From: Octopus vulgaris
Taxonomy: Eukaryota
Length of the DNA: 64,000 bases
Reading direction: 5' to 3'
Assembly: GCA_951406725.2 (NCBI GenBank)
Contig: OX597821.1
Location: forward strand, 11,098,001-11,162,000
Shown: in pieces, positions 1 to 12,369 of the stretch
How positions within the stretch are numbered: the first letter of the stretch is position 1
Layout of the letters: every line of letters starts with the position of its first letter
Notes under the pieces: model-generated
What the model saw: the letters and a program-made list of their open reading frames with translations, nothing else
The model's database searches: none
Told to the model about the DNA's origin: nothing
Program-made: the position numbers and the translations under genes

Positions 1-172
1 CATAGGGCCGGCCTTGTCACTCTTTGTGTCACGCTGAATATCCCCGAGAACTACGTTAGGGGTACACGTGTCTGTGGAGTGCTCAGCCACCTACACGTTA
101 ATTTCACGAGCAGGTTGTTCCGTTGATTCGGATCAACCGGAACCCTCGTCGTCGTAACCGACGGAGTGCTTC
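1..172 (+). mobile_element. 3' part of tRNA-derived SINE family A (cut by window edge)
   Basis: Closely matches 34425-34588, the 3' half of a full SINE copy (ccttgtcactct..gtgtcacgctga..ccccgagaactacgtta..gaaccctcgtcgtcgtaacc). Confidence 0.85.
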
Positions 173-954
173 CATCCAATGCAGATAAATGTCTACATAC
201 AATGCTGCGAGTGTGTTTCTTTTCTTCTTGCCTTTTGTCATATTTGTTTTCCTAGTTATTGTTGGCGTCGTTGATTTTACTTTCTTACAACATTTCTTGT
301 TTTAATTTTCAATCAACGTTAATTCATATTGACTGAGCAGGAATTCTATAATTTAATGAATAACTGAATGAGCGACCGTCTAAGGGAATGATTAAACGAA
401 CGAACAACGAACAAATAGACAAATCGATGAATGAAAGAGTGAAAGAATTAGCGAATGAAACATTTTTACAGTGTAACAAAAGAGTTAAAGTTAGAATAAC
501 AGAACAATTGATGCAATAGATTAGAATTCAATATATAGCATAGAACAGCAACTGTTCGAAATGACCCTGGAGGCAAAGGAATAGAAATTATAGCACGCAA
601 TACAACACACTTCCATTATCTATTGTCATCGTCATCAGTTTATGATAATTAATTAGCCAACAGTGTTTATAGAAATTTGCTTCTAAATTTTTTTGCATAT
701 CAATGAAGTTTAAGTAACGTTGTTGTTTTTACAAGCCAGAAAATCGAAGTTTATAAATGACTTACTTTGTTATTTGAAATCACAGCAGTTTAATACTAAT
801 GTTTAACTCTATAAGCCCTGGAGAAAATGACATAATGACTGACCTCAGTAATAAACCGGCAAAGAAAATAGTATGCAGTTCAATTTAATAATATTAATAA
901 TAATCGCTATGTATTTTGGGGCAGACCAATTGTAACGGTTCAAGTATTTGGGAA

Positions 955-1080
955 ATACTTTACTGGCGCTTGGCTCATACTATATTTTATCGACCCTAAA
1001 ACAATGACAGGCAAAATTTACACTCGGCGGAATTTGAACTCAGAACGTAACGACAGACGAAATACCGCTAAGCATTCCGC
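955..1080 (-). mobile_element. SINE family B fragment
   Basis: ctcggcggaatttgaactcagaacgta..gacgaaataccgcta matches the full copy at 42372-42600. Confidence 0.8.
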
Positions 1081-1384
1081 ACGAACCACATACTTAGATA
1101 GATAGATATTAATATACAATATATATAGCATAAGAGATGCACGATGAATATGCATGCAAGGCTAGATGGGGGTGGTATAAATTATTTCTAAAACGGTAAG
1201 TGTAAAAAAAAATGTTTGAAACTCAATGAGCGTTTGTAAGAATTCAATTTATCACCCCATCTCTCTCTCTTTCTCTCCATCTTTCTCTCTCAAATACCCT
1301 CTCTTTCTCTTTTTCTCTCTCTCGTTCTCTCGCTCTCCCTCTCCCACGCGGTACTGATCTCGATCTTTTGAAACACATTACAGC

Positions 1385-2720
1385 GTGTCCCATTTCTGCT
1401 AACTTTTGCCCTATAACACCTATTTTCTTATCTCAAATTAATGGAAACAGTCATTAACAACGGCTCACGGCAACACACAGAATCTATCTCTTATTTCCGT
1501 AATTACCAAAATTGTTTTCAAAAATTCAGATCTACTGGAGACTTACCATCTTGTCACCCAATTTGACTATTTCCCTACTGAAAATTATGGAAAACTATGC
1601 CTTACCCTCGATATCAGCAAATCATTTGACAGAATTATATCGCGTCACGGACGCTATTATTTTGTTCAAACTTCCTGCTTATGAACCTTTCCGTCTCTCA
1701 CTTCTTGGGTTATTAGCTTTCTGTAGATCTATTTTTTATAAACTACGCTGATGTAACCCTCCCTGGTCTACTTTCAGTCAGCTCTCCTACACCTCATAGT
1801 TTGTTTTTGTCCTCCATTTTCTTCCCCCAATGCAACATCCACATCTCATCAGCTTCAGTGACAGACGCGCTCACAAAAGGACACCACTATTGAAAACCTG
1901 CTCCAAATGAAACAATTTACTCGCGTTTTCATCGAGAAATAAACAAGAAAACGCAACCACTGTATTTATAAAGCAAGCTTCATCGCACTCCATTCCCAAA
2001 CATGAGCAGCATGTAACAAGGACACGTTAGGTCGTTCTAAAAGCAAGTCCTCGCCAGGTATGAGGTTTTTCTCCACATGTTAAGGTTTTGCTGCAGCATT
2101 GCTGAAGTCAAACAACTGACACAAGTAAAAGAATAAAAGATTAGGTATCATTCAATCTGAGAGACAAAATCAATCTTGAAAACTAGAAAAATATACTATA
2201 AGTTCTCCAACCGCAATTAAGCCTCTATAAGTCTCAAGTGATTTTCCCAACGGTGTAGTGATCCCACATCTTTAACGTTTTTCCTTCAACAACCCTCATC
2301 CAGCAAAAGATTGCGCGATTTGTTTGCACATATTTATTTAGAAAAGCCCCCGCTTCAACACAGACTCACTCTTTCCTTTTATTGCATTTTTTTTAATCAT
2401 TCTATTTGTTTTACCCTTCTAAACAGTTCTTGTCCTGATGCTTCCATTCAGGCACTCTCGAATCGCCCATATCTCCTGCTCCTCTAATTATGATTTGTCC
2501 ATCTAAATTCTCCACCAATGTTCATGGTTAATTCTTCCTCCCACACATAACATACGTCTGAACTTCCCTCCCCGTTCTTACTTTTCCGGTAGTCGCCTAC
2601 TTGCAAATGTTTAAACGGAATGTTAACAACATCAGTCTCGCTGATGTTGAAAAATCTTCTAAGTCTATTTGCACTACCTTTTCCTCCAAAACATCCCAAT
2701 AAAAAAATCAATTTCTGTAT
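1385..2720 (+). mobile_element. Highly decayed LINE reverse transcriptase to 3' end (CR1/Jockey-like), interrupted by a SINE-tail fragment at about 1950-2140
   Basis: Broken frames give KLMETVINN, TGDL, LDISKSFDRI (RT motif LDISKAFD), LYKSQV, IQQKIARF and a 3' NSFLP..LQMFKRNVN region. Confidence 0.65.
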
Positions 2721-2889
2721 ACCATTAATTGTGAACCATTGGCTTTGAATCATTGATTGTAAGTCAAATATTTGTTTTTACTAGGCATCAAACAAATCAT
2801 TTGCTTATTTGACATTAGAATGCTATTGCTGATTGTATAAGCCGCACAGTAATAGTGTCACACATTTTGCTAAGCACATAATCGATGCC

Positions 2890-3060
2890 AGAGAAAGTGC
2901 TTAACGTCATTTTCTAAATCTTTATGTTCCGAGTTCAATTTTCACTGAGGTCGACTTCCCCTTTCATCTTTTCGATATTGAAAAATAGAAAGCACCAGCT
3001 TAATACCGCGGTCGATGTAATCGACGAGCAACTCACCCAAGAATATCAGGTCTTGTGCCT
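2890..3060 (+). mobile_element. SINE family B, decayed, running into an (AAT)n tract
   Basis: gttccgagttcaatt..gaggtcgacttcccctttcatc..ggtcgatgtaatcgac aligns with the reverse complement of 42372-42600. Confidence 0.7.
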
Positions 3061-3258
<198 letters not shown>

Positions 3259-3260
<2 letters not shown>

Positions 3261-3640
3261 TATCTCCGCCTTACGGAAAGCGGAGCTATTATTTTCAGTC
3301 GTGTTTGTTTGTTTGTTTGCTTGACCGTGGACAAGATATCTTAAGAACCGCTGGATGGATTCGGATCTAATTTTCAGGGATGTCTGGCCTCGTGACTAGC
3401 ACGAACTGATTAGAATCTGGGATCGATCCGGCACCGGACAGGCATTCTGGATTATTTTTCCTCTTTTTTTTTTTTGCTTCATATTTGAGAGCTGTCAGGT
3501 TCATTTTTAGTATTCCCGTTTGAGATCAGTCGAGTTTATTTCAGATATTCACATTTTAAAAATCATCTCTGGCTAATCACTGAGAGGACATTAGTGTTGA
3601 CTTGGCAGAGGTTTGCGCTCTGTCAGTGCTCTTGTTGTTA
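3259..3640 (+). mobile_element. Helentron-associated non-autonomous element (HINE/DINE-1-like)
   Basis: 5' tatctccgcc and subterminal inverted ttggcagaggt, a 5' hairpin (ctccgc..gcggag), a (GTTT)n tract and a 3' hairpin gcgctctgtcagtgc; ends in T-rich sequence with no TSD. Related fragments lie at 4545-4700 (+) and 4912-5040 (-). Confidence 0.65.
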
Positions 3641-3644
3641 TTCC

Positions 3645-4151
3645 TATTGAGTTAGGGAGCTGTGCACTGGGTTAAAATATAAGAAAACCCAAGCACATGC
3701 TTGATAATCATATGTGTGCGACCGACAGAGTGACCTCGTACCAAGATAGACAGCACCTGGCCTTGTAGGTGGGACTTAGTTAGAATTTACTTCAGGTCGA
3801 GTGATCCATCCCACTTAAATTGTAATTGAATAAGCTTCGTTTAAGGATGTTGATCGTTTAAGGATGTTTCCAGAGGTAACTTTGGGAAACCACAAAGAAT
3901 TCTTCTCAATATGTAGCTAAGGTGCTCCCCAACAATTTCTGCTCGTGATCAACGATGGACATATCGTCAGCCACTACATTCTGCTGAAATGGTTGAGGTC
4001 CACTAAGTGACAATCAGATCTGTGGTACAGAGTAGAATATTTGGTTTCGCTTATGTTTTATATGAAGACAAAACAAGTAAATGATAAAAATTCCAATCAG
4101 TTAAGATCAAATGGCATGAGAGCCAGTGTCTGATAATGCATCAGACCATGT

Positions 4152-4152
<1 letters not shown>
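3645..4152. repeat. Dispersed non-coding repeat adjoining (ATT)n tracts; second fragment at 10826-10966
   Basis: Both loci share gcacatgc..atgtgtgcg..gtga(c/t)ctc and aaaatata..gaa, and both abut long (ATT)n arrays. Confidence 0.5.
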
Positions 4153-4153
<1 letters not shown>

Positions 4154-4203
<50 letters not shown>

Positions 4204-4245
4204 CATCATCATCATCGCCATCGTCAACGTCATCGTCATCATCAC

Positions 4246-4278
<33 letters not shown>

Positions 4279-4370
4279 TATTATTATTATTATTATTATT
4301 ATGATGATGATGATCATCATCATCATCGTCATCGTCATCGTCATCGTCATCATCATCATCATCATCATCA

Positions 4371-4428
<58 letters not shown>

Positions 4429-4493
4429 GATCATCATCATCATCATCATCGTCATCGTCATCGTCAACGTCATCGTCATCATCATCATCATCA

Positions 4494-4546
<53 letters not shown>
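4154..4546. repeat. Compound (ATT)/(ATC)/(CGTCAT) microsatellite with three-fold higher-order structure
   Basis: Seen directly; it is the source of the spurious poly-Y/H/I ORFs. Confidence 0.97.
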
Positions 4547-4549
<3 letters not shown>

Positions 4550-4700
4550 TCCTACTTAGCAAAGGCGGTGCTATTGTTTTCAACCGTGATTTTGTTTGTT
4601 TATTTCTCCGTCGACAAGATATCTCAAGAACTACAGAATGGTTTCGGATTAAAATTTTAGGGATGTTTGGCCTCGTAACTAGCACGAAATGCTTAGATAT
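4545..4700 (+). mobile_element. HINE-like element, 5' half
   Basis: Aligns with 3259-3415 (gacaagatatct.aagaac, gggatgt.tggcctcgt.actagcacgaa). Confidence 0.7.
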
Positions 4701-4858
4701 TAATTTTACATTCACTAGAGCAACAGCATGTGCAAAACCAAATATATGGCACCCTAGGCATAACAGAAACATGAACTTCTAACTTATCATCTTTGCATGT
4801 CTCTGGGTGAGACTTGGAACCAACTTGTACAAATGCAAAGCAAAAGTCAAACGTAAAC

Positions 4859-4911
<53 letters not shown>

Positions 4912-4918
<7 letters not shown>

Positions 4919-5040
4919 TGGCCCTCAAAGACTGCAAAACTCCGCCAAGGCAACATCAACTTTCTCTGGACGATTAGTTGGAGATGATTTTTAAAATAAG
5001 AATATCTGAAATAAGCTCGACTGCTCGCACAAATGAAAAT
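4912..5040 (-). mobile_element. HINE-like element, 3' half (inverted)
   Basis: Reverse complement aligns with 3510-3640 (cagtcgag.ttatttcagatattc, ttttaaaaatcatctc, ttggc.gag.tttgc). Confidence 0.7.
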
Positions 5041-5121
5041 TCGTGAAAGAAAACGGAAAGGAGCTGTATACGGTGCTGTTAATGGAGGTTTAACAACATC
5101 GTTGCGCAGAAAGTACACAGT

Positions 5122-5541
5122 AGGCGCACGAATGGATGTGTGGTAAGTAGCTTGCTAACCAACCACATGGTTCCGTGTTCAGTCCCACTGCATGGCATCT
5201 TGGGCAAGTGTCTTCTACTATGGCCCCGGGCCGACCAATTCCTTGTGAGTGGATTTGGTAGACGGAAACTGAAAGAAGCCTGTCATATATATGTATATAT
5301 ATATATATATATGTGTGTGTGTTTGTGTGTCTGTGTTTGTCCCACTAGCATTGCTTGACAACCGATACTGGTGTGTTTACGTCCCCGTCACTTAGCGGTT
5401 CGGCAAAAGAGACCGATAGAATAAGTACTGGGCTTACAAAGAATAAGTCCCGGGGTCGATTTGCTCGACTAAAGGCGGTGCTCCAGCATGGCCGCAGTCA
5501 AATGACTGAAACAAGTAAAAGAGTAAAGAGTAAAGAGAGTA
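5122..5541 (+). mobile_element. tRNA-derived SINE family C, full length
   Basis: Pol III-like head (tgtggtaag..gttcagtccc), core cttgggcaagtgtctt, internal (TA)/(TG) tract, tail ggcggtgctccagcatggccgcagtcaaatgactgaaacaagtaaaagag. About ten related copies or fragments occur in the window. Confidence 0.9.
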
Positions 5542-5566
5542 GTTAGAATGTGTATGTATATATACC

Positions 5567-5858
5567 CACCGTGACCGACCAGGCTATCAGACGTTGCTAC
5601 CCATCGCTGGTCATAATGCGCTTCACATTGTTTTACCCTTCAAATGACGCTGGCTAAGTGAGCAGGCCAACAGAAGAAAGAATGAGAGAAAATTGTGGCG
5701 AAAGAGTAGAGCAGGGATCACTACAATCCCCTGCCGGAGCTTCGTGGAGCTTTAGGTGTTTTCGCTCAATAAACATTCACAACGCCCGGTCTGGGAATCG
5801 AAACCGCTATCCTACTACCGCGAGTCCGCTGCCCTAACCAATGGGCCATTGCGCCTCC
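5567..5858 (-). mobile_element. tRNA-derived SINE family D
   Basis: Reverse complement begins ggaggcgcaatggcccattggttagggcag..gtttcgattccc (A and B boxes); matches 58478-58785. Confidence 0.9.
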
Positions 5859-5881
5859 ACATTTATATATATATGTATATA

Positions 5882-7001
5882 CTAGCAGTATCACCCGGTG
5901 TTTCGACCCTTTAGAATTGGAATTTTTGAAAAATAAAAATTTTGCATTATGCAACTTGTTATTCTCTTCAAGTAAACTCTCCAGTTGAAATACACCGAAA
6001 AATGATGACATATCAGTCAAAAATCGTAAAAATTAGGGATTTTCATAGAAAAAAAGCACCTTTTTGATGTAAATAATTGTTGGTGTTAACATGGTCCGAT
6101 TTGAATTTTATCTTCTACAGAATGAAGAGCAAGCCTTCTTCTATCATACTCTCAATTTTGGTCAACTTGTGCTGCAGGGTCTCGAAGGAGATAGTGTTAG
6201 TTGAAGGTTACCAAACCTGCCACACACAGACAACTTCAGCTTTATATAGAGAGATTTGCTACACATTACTTTCCATCCTTAATAATGAAACTTGATAGAT
6301 CCAAAAGTTAAACACACAGACACACACGCAGACACACAAGTTGAGTTTTATATATATAGAATTCTTAACAGGGTTTTCAGTGGAAGGTTTCAGGCAGTCG
6401 CTGGCGATGTATCGTGTTGATCAAAAATCCGGCCTGCTAAAATTTGGTTAAAGTGATTCAAACTGCAGACACATCGCAAAATGGTCACTTTAATTCAAAG
6501 CGTTAAAAATGTTATGAAAACAATTGGTATGTGTTCGTAAAGTCCAAACGATTAATACGAAAAAACTCTCCAGGCTACATCCCGAAAATTCATTTCTTTG
6601 CCGAATTTCTACAATGTTTACGGCGATTCGTTTTCATATCTTGATTTTTTTATTGTTCGTGCAATTTACGCATGCTTGCACGCATAGTGAACACAGTTCA
6701 CGTCAAACAGCTGACTGAGTAAAGTTCACTATTCAATGCATGGGATAAGGCCTAAACAAACACATTATCGATTTTTGCACTTGCGAGATGAATTTCGGAA
6801 CAGAAATATCGCAGTTCAATTTTCATTCGCCTAATCTTTAAGTGACCCATTTTTGGTGGTTCTACGATTTGTTGGCTAGGAGGAGATGTGCCGGGAAGTT
6901 AAACACACAGACACACACACATATACACACACATATACACACACATATAGACACACAGATACACACACAGACACACAAGTTGAATTTTATATATGTATAG
7001 A
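5882..7001 (-). mobile_element. Compound non-autonomous Helitron
   Basis: CTAG 3' end at 5882-5885 with a partly deleted hairpin; TC..TATATA 5'-terminus motifs at about 6252, 6360 and 7001; 5882-6360 matches the reverse complement of 46431-46893. Confidence 0.8.
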
Positions 7002-7338
7002 TAAATGTTTACTAATTCATGTGCTAAAAGTATATCCAGATGAATAATAACATTTTGGAAGTTTCATAAATAGAGAGATAGAAACTGAATAAAAGTAAGT
7101 ACGTTGATTTACCAATCCTTTTGTTTAAGACAGTAGCTTCACTTTTGCTATTATTTAGAACCATTTTGTTTAGCAGCACGTGTTGAAATATTTTAGTTCT
7201 TAATAAAGTCGTGATTATGAGCTGTCTGTTGATAGAGGATGGTTAAATTTTCCATCTTTCCGTTAGTGTTGTCGTTGATACACTCTCTTCCGATATTTTT
7301 TTCTCTCTCACACGCACACACACAACTTGTTATATATG

Positions 7339-7391
<53 letters not shown>

Positions 7392-7474
7392 ATGAGTGTG
7401 TGCGCGATAGAGTATGTGTGTATGTGTGTGCGTATCCATGCATGTGCACGCACACGTATATATATACATATATA

Positions 7475-8740
7475 CAGAGTGTGGCAGAGAAGACCGACGT
7501 TTTTGAAATATTCACAAAATCATTAATTTTATCCCCAAACAAATTTCATTGACATTAATTTATTTCTATCGAATTAGCATTTGTCGAAATTATATGTGAA
7601 AAAAAAAACATTAACCATGTGGTGTCCGTTTTCATGGATACATTTATGGAGGGGTTCTTGGAAATTGGTCTCCACTCTCTCAAGCATTGCTCTGTCGATT
7701 TGGACGGCTTCCACGTGAATTGGTTCCTTCAAATCGTCCAATGTACGTGGCTTATGCGCATACACACGTTCCTTAAGGTTTCCCAACAAGAAATAGTAAT
7801 ATATGAACAAATCAGGGGACCGAGGGATCCAAAGAATATCAGTAAACCTGGAATTGAGGCGATCACCTAAGAAAGAGCGAAGAACGTCCATTGGAATTCT
7901 GGTTGTGTGGTACGTCGCCCCATCCTGATGAAATCATACACATTGAATAGGCATACGCTTCCATCGTAATTCGGGCACAGAGAAATTGTTCGTCATCTCG
8001 ATGTAACGCTCGAAGTTCACAGTAACAGCATTTCCATTATTGCCTTCAAAAATGTAATGACCACTAACAGCAGCTTTTCCAACAGCACACCAAACCGTCA
8101 CTTTTGAGCTGTGTAGTGGTCTTTTGTGCACTCTCGGGTTTTCAAGAGCCCAATAACGACAGTTCTGATGATTCACATTGCCATTGAGATGAAATTGAGC
8201 TTCATCACTCATTAACAAAATGATGTTGTCATTTGCCTCACAAATTGCTTCCATCTGAAGCAATTAAGCTGCTGTGCAGAGACCCATGGTTTCAATTATT
8301 GCCCAATGACCAACTTCTATAGGCGGAAATGTAGGTCTTCATGCATAATGCGCCTTACCGATCGATTACCGATGCCAAGTTCATTGGAATGCCTCCAAAT
8401 AGAGCGATTCGAACTCCGTATCAAAGCTTGTCTGATGTATTCCGGAGTCCGTACCGTTCGTAGCCCAGTCAGCAGTCTCCTATTCTCTAGTGTACCACGT
8501 GTACCTAATATTGTGTTACGGGTGGGAACAACCTGATTTCCGTGAAAGTTGAAGTGGCGCTGAAACTCGCGCTGCACTTCTGTAACAGACTCGTTATTCT
8601 TCACGTAACTATTGTAGGCAAACAGGCGACGACCTACCATCCACAGCACCAGATCGAATGGTACCACAGGACATATGTCCCTCCTCCTAGGGCTGAGTAA
8701 TAGCCATTTCTAAAACGTCCGTCCTCTCGGTGCCATCCTG
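7475..8740 (-). mobile_element. Tc1/mariner element, rosa/DD41D type, pseudogenised transposase
   Basis: Three ORF fragments: MSDEAQFHLNGNVNHQNCRYW, SSKVTVWCAV, QDGATYH..WIPRSPDL. The position 41 residues after the second D is Y (TAT, probably from GAT). Degenerate TIRs (cagagtgtggcagagaagaccgacgttttt / caggatggcaccgagaggacggacgtttt) flanked by TA. Confidence 0.9.
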
Positions 8741-8913
8741 TATGTATATATATATGTATGTGTGTGTGTACGTGTGCATGAGTGTGCATGTGTCTGTGTG
8801 TGTGCATGTAATATTTATATGTATATATGTATTATATATATATATATAATACATATATATATGTATATATATATGTATGTATATATATATATGTATATAT
8901 ATATATATGTATG

Positions 8914-8944
<31 letters not shown>

Positions 8945-8973
8945 GTATATATGTATATATGTATATATGTATG

Positions 8974-9052
<79 letters not shown>

Positions 9053-9055
9053 GTA

Positions 9056-9132
<77 letters not shown>

Positions 9133-9146
9133 ATGTATATGTATAT
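8741..9146. repeat. (TG)/(TA)/(TATG) microsatellite
   Basis: Seen directly; representative of many similar tracts (e.g. 20034-20228, 24130-24255, 42075-42370, 54915-55130, 59410-59876). Confidence 0.97.
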
Positions 9147-9371
9147 GAGGATTCGAAGATATTATGTAAGTAATATTACATAATTTATTAACGATGAAAC
9201 AATTGAATGGGGTTAATCTATATTTTCGTTATTTTTCGTTTGTCCTGCTCGCTTACGTTCTTGGTGTGTTGAATTATTTCTTGAGAACAATTATTAGTGG
9301 TGGAGTCCCTTTGCGGATCTATATATAGCGTAAGAGCGTCCACATAGTGGATTCTCTCTTACAGTTGTGTA

Positions 9372-9750
9372 CACTCCGTCAGAAATTAATTAGCACCCTT
9401 GATTTGCTCTTCACTCAAGGTATGTGCTGTCACCTAGTGGCCATATCTCGAACTATTGCTTTGTTGCGAGTTCACTGTTGCGCAGAACGATGACGTAACT
9501 TTGTTTGCAGAGCAGTTTGAGAGTCTACAGCCTTATGATGTTGACATAGCAGTGCAATAACAACTTGGAGTGCGGATGCAGACAAATCTTCCTTTGTTTA
9601 ATAGATATAGGTAGCGCCTCGCAAGGACCGAAATCACACCATTCTAAGTTTTCTCATCGCGTAAGACGTTTTGAACAGCTCATAGGTTAATTGATTTAAC
9701 CTATTTAATGTAGAAATTTGAGAAGTGCTAATTAATTTCTGACGCAAGTG
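9372..9750. mobile_element. Tc1/mariner-type MITE (379 bp)
   Basis: TIRs cactccgtcagaaattaattagcac / gtgctaattaatttctgacgcaagtg with a 20-bp perfect core, TA on both sides, no ORF. Confidence 0.85.
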
Positions 9751-9788
9751 TATATATATATATATATACATACATACAGTTGTGTATA

Positions 9789-9836
<48 letters not shown>

Positions 9837-9913
9837 CATACAAAGAGAAAACACAACAACGCGAGGACGTGGAACAAGGAGAGTGTTCATCAGGAAAAGA
9901 AAGAAAGAAGGAA

Positions 9914-9947
9914 GATTTAACGTTTCGAGCGGAGCTCTTTGTCAGAA
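9914..9947 (-). ncRNA. Minimal Penelope-type hammerhead motif, core mutated
   Basis: Minus strand reads CTGACAA-agagc-tcc-gctc-GAAACGTTA; the canonical CUGANGA has G8>A. It sits in a pLTR-like segment at 9840-10020. Confidence 0.6.
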
Positions 9948-10379
9948 TCGTACGAAAAGGAAATATACAAGGAAGGGGAGACGGAGGTAAAAAATCACCA
10001 ACGATACACACGCGGTCAGCGAGAAAAAGAGGGAAAGAAAGATAGACAGTGTCGTTATTTGTCACCTGACTTATAATGCAAATAATTTTAGCCTAACAAA
10101 ATAGATTTGAATGGATAAATGCTAAAGAGGTGATTTGCTGCCTAAATGCTTTAACTATCTCACACCATACAGTCATGTAATAAATCATAACCATTTGATG
10201 CCATTCATATTTCATGCGCCTATTTACTATCTCAATGAATTGTTATGTACTAACTCCTTAGCGTCCACCATTCTCTTGTTCTGGTTGATCCTCTGAGAGT
10301 GGACAGCAACCTGATGCAGAGATCGCAAAGGGACTTTTTTCCGCAAATTACAAGACATGGTACTTACTTTCTTTCTTTC

Positions 10380-10570
10380 TTTTACTTGTTTCAGTCATTT
10401 GACTGCGGCCATGCAGGAGCACCGCCTTCTAGTCGAGTAAATCGACCCCAGGACTTATTCTTTGTAAGCCTAGTACTTATTCTATCAGTCTCTTTTGCTG
10501 AACCGCTAAGTTACGGGTGACGTAAACACAATGGTGGGGGGACAAACACTGGCACACAAACACCCACGCA
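10380..10570 (-). mobile_element. SINE family C, 3' part
   Basis: ttacttgtttcagtcatttgactgcggccatgc..gagcaccgcctt is the reverse complement of the family C tail. Confidence 0.85.
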
Positions 10571-10734
10571 CATACATATTTTAGGTTTTGCGTTCAAACC
10601 TCGCCGAGGTTGCGTTTGCTTTCATCCTTCCGATGATAAAAAAGAATAGGGTCGATGTAACCATTTTACTGCTACACATCCTCTTAATGGGTGAGTCATG
10701 GCTCTTGTCTATTTGGAACTTGGCTTTTTATTAA

Positions 10735-10825
<91 letters not shown>

Positions 10826-11192
10826 GAGTGAGAGAGCAGAGCATGCCATCAAAGTGACACGGGTAAAATATACGAAGCCCAGTATACCCATCATGACTAC
10901 CCGTCTGACCAGGTTACACTAGGCACATGCATCACAACAATGTGTGCGCGACATGGTGATCTCATGATTTCATGCTTTGTGCCTATAGCAGAAAGGATTA
11001 TTTGTGGCTATCTGAAACCAGATTAAAATAACTTTGGTATATTTTTGCGCAGTTTTGCACCTAAGTTCAATTCACATCAATAGTGTTTTTTTTTTTTATT
11101 TAAACCTCGTACTACACAAGAAATTAATAAGATTTCTTTTTCTCTTATATATTTATCTACTCTCCCAGTGATTAATTTGCAGTAGTCTTTCT

Positions 11193-11330
11193 AAGGCAGC
11201 AAGCTGTCGGCATCGTTAACACGCCAGGTAAAATGCATACCGACATTTGGTCCGTCTTTACATTCTGAGTTCAAATTTCATCGAGATCGACTTTGCCATT
11301 CCTCCTTTCGGGGTCGGTAAAATAAGTAGT
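11193..11330 (+). mobile_element. SINE family B, 5' part
   Basis: aaggcagcaagctg..ttctgagttcaaatt..gactttgccattcctcctttcggggtcg. Similar fragments at 10590-10720, 36638-36790 and 51320-51510 (-). Confidence 0.75.
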
Positions 11331-12312
11331 TTGCATACAGGGACCCAGATAGTTGCTGACTTTGATCCGAAATTTGAATATTATTTGCTTAACGTTATAT
11401 TTGTATCAGACTCTCAACTTTCCAGAGTTTTAATTTTTGTTCTCTCCTTTTACGTATATCTCACTCGTATTCTTCTCCCTATCAACCCATCTCCTACTTG
11501 ATCGTCCTTTCACTTTTTGGACCTTTCATTTTACAAATGCAATGCTGCTCTCTTCCACACCTCTTAATATCACCAAAGAATACTCATCAGTAATTCACAA
11601 TCAGCATTTTTAAAATACACTAAGGTTTCACTTATTACATTATTGATCAATTTCTTCGTCTTTCTGTTCACGATAGTCTCAATAATATATGCTGCAACTA
11701 CGTTTGATATGCAACAATTATATTTGTAGCTTGGCTAATTGTCCGGCTTTCACATGCATATATTATTACGGGATATATTGATTTTACACCGTATCCTTTC
11801 TTCTTTGCGACACTCCTTTTATGTTTCACAATTTTCTCAAAGTCCCGTCATGGTTGCGTTAACAATAGCTATTTTTGCTTGAAATTCATTACCTAACTAT
11901 AATAATTGATTTCTAATATGAAGCTTTTAGCCAAAATCAATATGTTCAATTTTGCACAAATTTCAAAAGCAAAATTCAAAGAAAATCAAATATCTTTCTT
12001 TAATTGGAATTAAACTGTTAATTAAAGTATGAATTTTCAATCATTACAACTTATTGAATTAATTTTGTTTCCATTTATTTCTTTTCTCGTTTCCGTCATT
12101 ATCCTACCACCATATTCGCACAAAGCCTCCAAGTATTTCATCGATTATAACGACCCCAGTATTTCAATCTTGTTATTTATTTCATCGAAATCCACTTGTT
12201 GATCATCCGACAGAACAATTACAGAATTTGCATAATGATATTGAGATAATGCTAACGCATTCCCTCCCACATATCTATGTATATTATATGTGTATATATA
12301 TAGATATGTATG

Positions 12313-12369
<57 letters not shown>

